Shown: positions 58,481 to 64,000 of the stretch, one piece after another
How the letters are laid out: each line of letters starts with the position of its first letter
Numbering within the stretch: position 1 is the stretch's first letter
Assembly: GCF_036365525.1 (NCBI RefSeq)
Contig: NC_090404.1
Location: 33,780,236 to 33,844,235, forward strand
DNA length: 64,000 nucleotides
DNA from: Heterodontus francisci
Taxonomy: Eukaryota
Direction: 5' to 3'
Position numbers and translations under genes: made by a program
Notes under the pieces: generated by a model
The model's database searches: none
Told to the model about the DNA's origin: nothing
What the model saw: only the letters and a program-made list of their open reading frames with translations

Positions 58481-59672
58481 GCACTCTGGGAGGCAGGAGT
58501 TCATGTCAGGATGTGGCACGAAACATGCACTATTGGACTGACCGCTCATTATACACAGCACCTAGTATTTACTGCAATGCAGTCAATGGAATTAAATCTG
58601 CTAAATATACGAATACTATACTATACTCGACTTCCGCAGAGATTTCCATGAAGTTCCACAGCAAAGGCTGTGGCACTGAATTAAAACACCGAGGGAAGGG
58701 TTTTTTCCCCATTATTGTTGATTGAAGCTTGGGTAGTAACAATCCGGCAGCCTGTTTAACACCTGTCTCAGCTTTATTTTCCGTTGTTGTCATCGGTAAA
58801 CCAGAAGATGAGGAAGCAATTTGTTGACAGAGGGTAAGTAGATGGTGCGAGTTTGTGTCTGATTTAGGGTCTAGAAGATGAGTGGAGTTACATTTTACAC
58901 ATGGTCCCAATTCAGAAAATAATATAACTTCCAAATTGCAGATTAAAGGAACAATCTAAATGCACAACCCGTGGGTTACACGAATATTTTTAATAATATA
59001 TTATCGTGGACAGGATTACAACATATGAAATGCAATACACATAATTGACACTGAAAGTAAACTGTAGTAGATACGGACTTGATAGACAGCAACTCGCTAA
59101 CAGAAAAGAGGACCCACACTTGTAGTTGTACAAGTGAAAGATCAACTCGTTATTGAGACATCACACTTCACCATCCCAGTAGAATGGCCCCTGCAGTGAT
59201 TTACTCACACTTCATTCAATTCCTTTCAACTATCCCATTATCATAGTTACATTGTCTTAATTAGCTCAGTGCTTTTTCTCATAGGCATCAGTGATCAGAT
59301 AGCATGCTGCAGATGATTACATAAATTCTGAGTGCTTACTTTCAGACATTGCATTATACCCTTTATTTGTGGGAGATGTCCGTTCCCTGCGCCCCCTTAC
59401 ACAGTACAAGGCTTACAATCTCATATTCAGCCTTTCAGTGCCATGTTCAGCAGAACGTTGTTTAGCTCAATGTGCGATGGTTTTACTTAAATGTGTGATC
59501 GTCCTACACGCTGTACAGGACATTAAGCTATTCAAATAGTTTGGACTCTCGTTCTCATACTCTGCCAATTCTTTTCTGACCTTTCCAGCAGCAATTATCT
59601 GGGTAACATTTATACTGTCATTTTGGCCCGTTCAAAATGATTAGCCAGTTGTCATCCATGTTTTCGAACACG

Positions 59673-60000
59673 TCATTTGTAGTAAATTAAAATTACAAAC
59701 ATAATTGACTGAAACAGCACCCGTTGTGTTATTATGTTCATCACAGTTGTAGCTGTCGGTTTGCATCCGAACAAAGACTCTGACCAGCTGACATGTCCAA
59801 TCTGATTTAAAGTTGTATGGACATCCTCATGTGTGATGTTAATAATTGCTTGATTCAAATACTCAACTGTTGAAACACTGTTCTCTACTTCCACATTCCT
59901 TTCTTCCAAATGGCACAATTAGGGTTGCTACATACTCGGGTTCCCCAGATACCATTTTAAATTCTGTTGGTCTATGACCACTTTGTACAGATATAATTGC
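59673..60000 (-). pseudogene. Possible envelope-glycoprotein C-terminal remnant of an LTR retroelement
   Basis: Heptad-like segment, then SWSESLFGCKPTATTVMNII and a hydrophobic stretch (VLFQSIMFVILI); in-frame stops upstream. Confidence 0.35.
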
Positions 60001-60199
60001 AAATAACCACACCGCATAATTAGAAAGGATTTATTATAGCAATAATAGTCAACTTGCAGACGCATATACTTATTGTATCTGGTCATTAGTGCCACCAAAA
60101 CCGTTACAAGTACTTAAACTATTGCAACTTTCACGACAATTGCAGCGATGAAAATACAGAATCAAATTGAAAAGTTATAAAAAATGGCTTTTCTTTTAA

Positions 60200-61041
60200 T
60201 AAGTGGACAATGCACTGCAAAATGGCCGCCGAAGGTCAGCTGACTTGGCCTGGTTATTCAAGCCCTCACTGTTTGTTAAGGACAAAAGAATACATTCCAG
60301 GCTAAGAGGTGTCAATTGCACCCATCCCAAAAACACCAAGTGACATTCTTGAATTGAATGGGTTCTTCTGAAACGAAAAAGGTATGAAGTCGCCACATAC
60401 AGGCGCATTGTGTGGTCACAGCGGGGAGGGAGTCATGAGTCTTCGAACCGAGGTTAATGTGATAGATTCGTACCTTGGAAAGGTGGCTCTGTGGAGGGCG
60501 AAGGGTGAGAGATCATGAGAACATCACAGAAAAGCAGTTCAGCCAAGGGCTGTGAAAAGAAGACCAGCAAAAAACAAGGAAGGAGCCCTACTGCGAATTC
60601 TACTCTTCAACTGGTTGCAGCAGAGAACTGAAAGTGGCCACCACATCCAGTCTAAAGTCTAAACCACCAGAAAACTACAAACAACCAAGCCTGTAACTTT
60701 AAAGATACTTTCCTTCAAGAAGATTCAACAAGTGTATCATTAACCAGAACAACTATCTCACTTCAAACCCCTTACCATTTTCCTCTCTATATATCTATTC
60801 TTGTGTGTGTGCATGTGTGAGTGACTGCATGTGTGGGTGTGGTTGCGACCATTTCGGGAATGAATATTATTCAATAAATAGTTTTTTTATGTGTGTTTGT
60901 TTCAAACCTACAAGAAAACATGTCACTCTCTATCTAACAAATAAAACACAAGGGGTTAAAACACTAGGTAATAAAAACACTTGCGGTGGTCAGTTGGGAG
61001 GTGAACAGTGGGAACAAGCCACTCCATCGCCCACATAACCA
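60200..61041 (+). mobile_element. Probable solo LTR (5' boundary uncertain)
   Basis: LTR-like layout with (TG)n tract, AATAAA (~60873) and end ...CCCACATAACCA. Confidence 0.4.
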
Positions 61042-64000
61042 GAACACTATATATACACAACACCCAATCCCCATATAAAGTTACATTCAATTATGGTGAA
61101 TTAAATGCAAATCAAGTAAAACTGGTAAGCAAAAGAAAAAAAATACACAAATGCTTGTGAAGTTAACTTCTTTGCATTTCAAAGAAAGACAAACTTAGAC
61201 ACCATCTATCAACAATACAAACGCAAAATAGTGTGGGTGCTGGAAATCTTAAATAAAAACAAAAAATGCAGACAATACTCAGCATCCCTGACAGCGTCTG
61301 TGGGGAGAGGAACAGACCTGACATTTCAAGGTGCTGCCCTCTGTTTTCAAAACTCTGTTTCTCTCTCCACATATGCTGAATCTGCTGAATAGTTCCAGCA
61401 TTTTCTGTGTATATTTTGCATCATTAATCAATGCCAGCTTGTATTATCCAGTTTCTCGTAGCTTTCAAGTATTTTTTAATGCCAAATAAAATACAAAATC
61501 TTTTACTTTTACAATGGCTCTTTGGCTTTACAGCTTTCACAAAGATCCTGATGTAATTAGATATAAAAATAAATTCCAGCTTCTTTTATTTAAATATTAC
61601 ATTTTTATCCATCCCTAGGAACTATAAATGAGTTTAAATCAGTATGAATCACTAACAAGACCACTACCTAATTTAAATATTCTGTAAAACAATTCTGTAG
61701 TCAATCCAACTACAAGATGTCTTCAGATGGTTATCATACTGCTCAATAGCAGGAACATCCCCACCTGTTCCCTTTTCCTCTTCACACATTCCAGAACTAC
61801 GAAGATAATTTAACAATCAGAATCACCTCAGATCACTGACTCCTTAGCATTGGCCAGAAATTCACAAAGAAATGGCAATTGTTTAAGTGACAGTGTCATA
61901 TTCAGAATGAAAAAAAAACTTTTATTTATGTTGCGTCTTTCACGACCACCAGAAGTCTCAAAGCACTTTACAGTCAATGAAGTACTTTTTGACGTGTAGT
62001 TCCTCTTGAAATGCAGGAAGCCTACCACACAATTTACAACAACCAGAATAACACAGTGGCCACATTAAAAATATGGTTTCCACAATTTAACAGGTTAATT
62101 AATCTTCAATCGTTCCAATTTAATCCAAATGGATATTTTATGAAAGAAACACATTACATAAAAGATAAAATCACGTGCTTAAAATAAAAGTAAATTATGT
62201 CATTTTTTCTTTCCTTGCATTGATTTCCAAATGACAGTGAAATGCTGAATATAACTGAAGAAAACGTTAGCTTTCACAGTGAAATGAAACCTCAACATTC
62301 TTAGAAAAAGGGTTAAAGAGGGCGGAGCTTCCCAAAGCTTGTGGGTTCCAAACGTTCCTACAGGTTTTAAAAAATAAACATAGGCTGTAGAACTCCGACA
62401 AAAACTCCTGTATCTTGTAGCAGGGGAAAGGGAACATAATCTTTTCATTTTCTCCCTGATTCCATCACAGATTAGTTTATCCTTTATTCGCTTAAACCAA
62501 TTTTCAATTCCTGATCTGTGCTACTAATTCGAAATCTCAAATTTGCAGTCTGCGTCCTCACCCAGGCCTGTTGCCTCCTGTAAAGTTCTGAATACTTTTC
62601 TATGGTATATGGGAGATGTTTAATAATATACAGTAAAATGTCAAGGGATCACTGGAGACCCAGCCGGGGGTCCCAGGCCCGATTTTGAGTGAGTTAAAAT
62701 CGGGTCCTGGCAATTCATCCTCGGCAACCGCTATAACTGCCTTTTGCAATACTTCAACATCTCAAACCCATTCTGCAAGTTTTGAAACCATTCTTAAAAT
62801 TCCATATTTTCTATCGTGCACACGGTAAAGGTTAGTCAAATAAATTCACTGCAGCATCGTTAGCTTAAAATGTAATCCAAAGTTTTCCACAATTCTAGAT
62901 AGACAAACTTTTATTGAAATAAGCATGTTGAACAATCAAATTCATACTTTCATATTTCCATGCAACTGAGAAATGTTGATCCCTATAATGGGTTACAGAC
63001 TCAAATTACTAAATTTTATGGCTATTCCCAAGTCTCAAGTCCAATCATTCCAAATGCATTACTCGAGTATCTGACAAATAATGTACATGCATCTACATCG
63101 ATAGAGCAAGCGATTATCAAGCACACTTACAGGAAGGAAGTAAATTAAAATTCTTAATGTTTCCAACTTTAAAAACAAGATGACAATGTATTAAAGGCAT
63201 CAAGAAGGAGTTACAACAAAGACACTTTTAAGACTTTCATTTGCAGGTCAGGAAACCTCTCCATACAAACACATATTCTAAGAAACTAAAAGCAAAATTC
63301 AAACCACTTATTTAAAAAAAAATAAAACCACAGAATCCTGCTGCCTATTTCTTCCTCATGGCACCTTTAGCATTTGCTGTGTTTTTTTTTTCAATGCCCA
63401 ATTCTTTTCTATTGCTCTTTTCTTATGCCCCAAGTGTGCAGCCAAGGTTTCTTTTTTTCGGAAAAGTCTGATATAAAATCTGTTGATATTTTAATTGCAT
63501 GTCCTCCTTCATGATCTCTTTTCTTCTTGTCATGTCCTGTAACTCTATCCCTCATTTTGTTATGCCAGGAATCCCACAAATCACCAAAGTTAGCATTCAC
63601 TTCCCAACCACTATAAAGAATGGAAGTTTTATATCCTTGCTGTTGCCTTGTTCGCCCACACATGTTCCTCCCTCTCCCCGCATTACCTTGGGGTTGGGTG
63701 AACTGTCGTGGGGTGGCAAGTCTCTGAGGAGCTGAAAAGGCACCGGATTGTTCCTCGTCCATATCAAACCTCGCCACTCGAACCACTTGAATTTGGAACC
63801 CGAATTCAGGGAACTTAAAGCGGGTGCAGAAGAAATCCGCAGCCATGCCTCCTGTCCCAAAGTCCCCTGATCAACCTTTGTTCCTGGAGAAACTTCTGAA
63901 CACCATTAGACATCATCAGTGTCAGTCTCCACTGGCCAAGCTAATACCAACACCTGCTGTCCTTCCATCCACTTCACAGCGTGTGGGTGGTAGGGGTCTT

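Noticed and set aside
63409-63860. 145-aa ORF near the window end
   Set aside because: No recognisable motifs; cannot be supported without a search or flanking sequence.

Overview
Eukaryotic (cartilaginous fish, shark) genomic DNA. The core is one complete, apparently intact, unrearranged IgNAR (heavy-chain-only antibody) gene cluster on the minus strand, about 40.4 kb down to 11.5 kb. In order: octamer/TATA promoter, leader exon, one type II VNAR V segment (extra Cys in CDR1), three D segments, one J segment (all with readable RSSs: V-22 / 12-D1-23 / 12-D2-22 / 12-D3-12 / 23-J), exons C1-C5, an IgM-like secretory tailpiece with polyA signal, and TM1/TM2 exons. All splice junctions were read by eye and join in frame. 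The V framework resembles dogfish-type (squalomorph) VNARs, but species is only an inference. The rest is shark interspersed repeat: a long but broken CR1 LINE at 1-3.5 kb, many CR1 and L2 fragments, V-SINE, Deu-SINE and other tRNA-SINEs, palindromic MITE-like elements, an ERV-like LTR with a tRNA-Ser primer-binding site, and an env-like remnant. Best lead: a candidate alternative terminal exon in the C3-C4 intron (27009-27091). It splices in frame to C3, encodes a 27-aa tail with a hinge-position Cys and a penultimate Cys, and is followed by two AATAAA signals, which would give a short secreted V-C1-C2-C3 IgNAR. Further leads: Cys-rich D segments, a weak RSS on the obligatory D3, two candidate B-cell enhancer motif clusters, a ~60-bp tandem array between the secretory and TM exons, and a second in-frame cassette in the C3-C4 intron. 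Repeat boundaries are approximate and no database searches were run.
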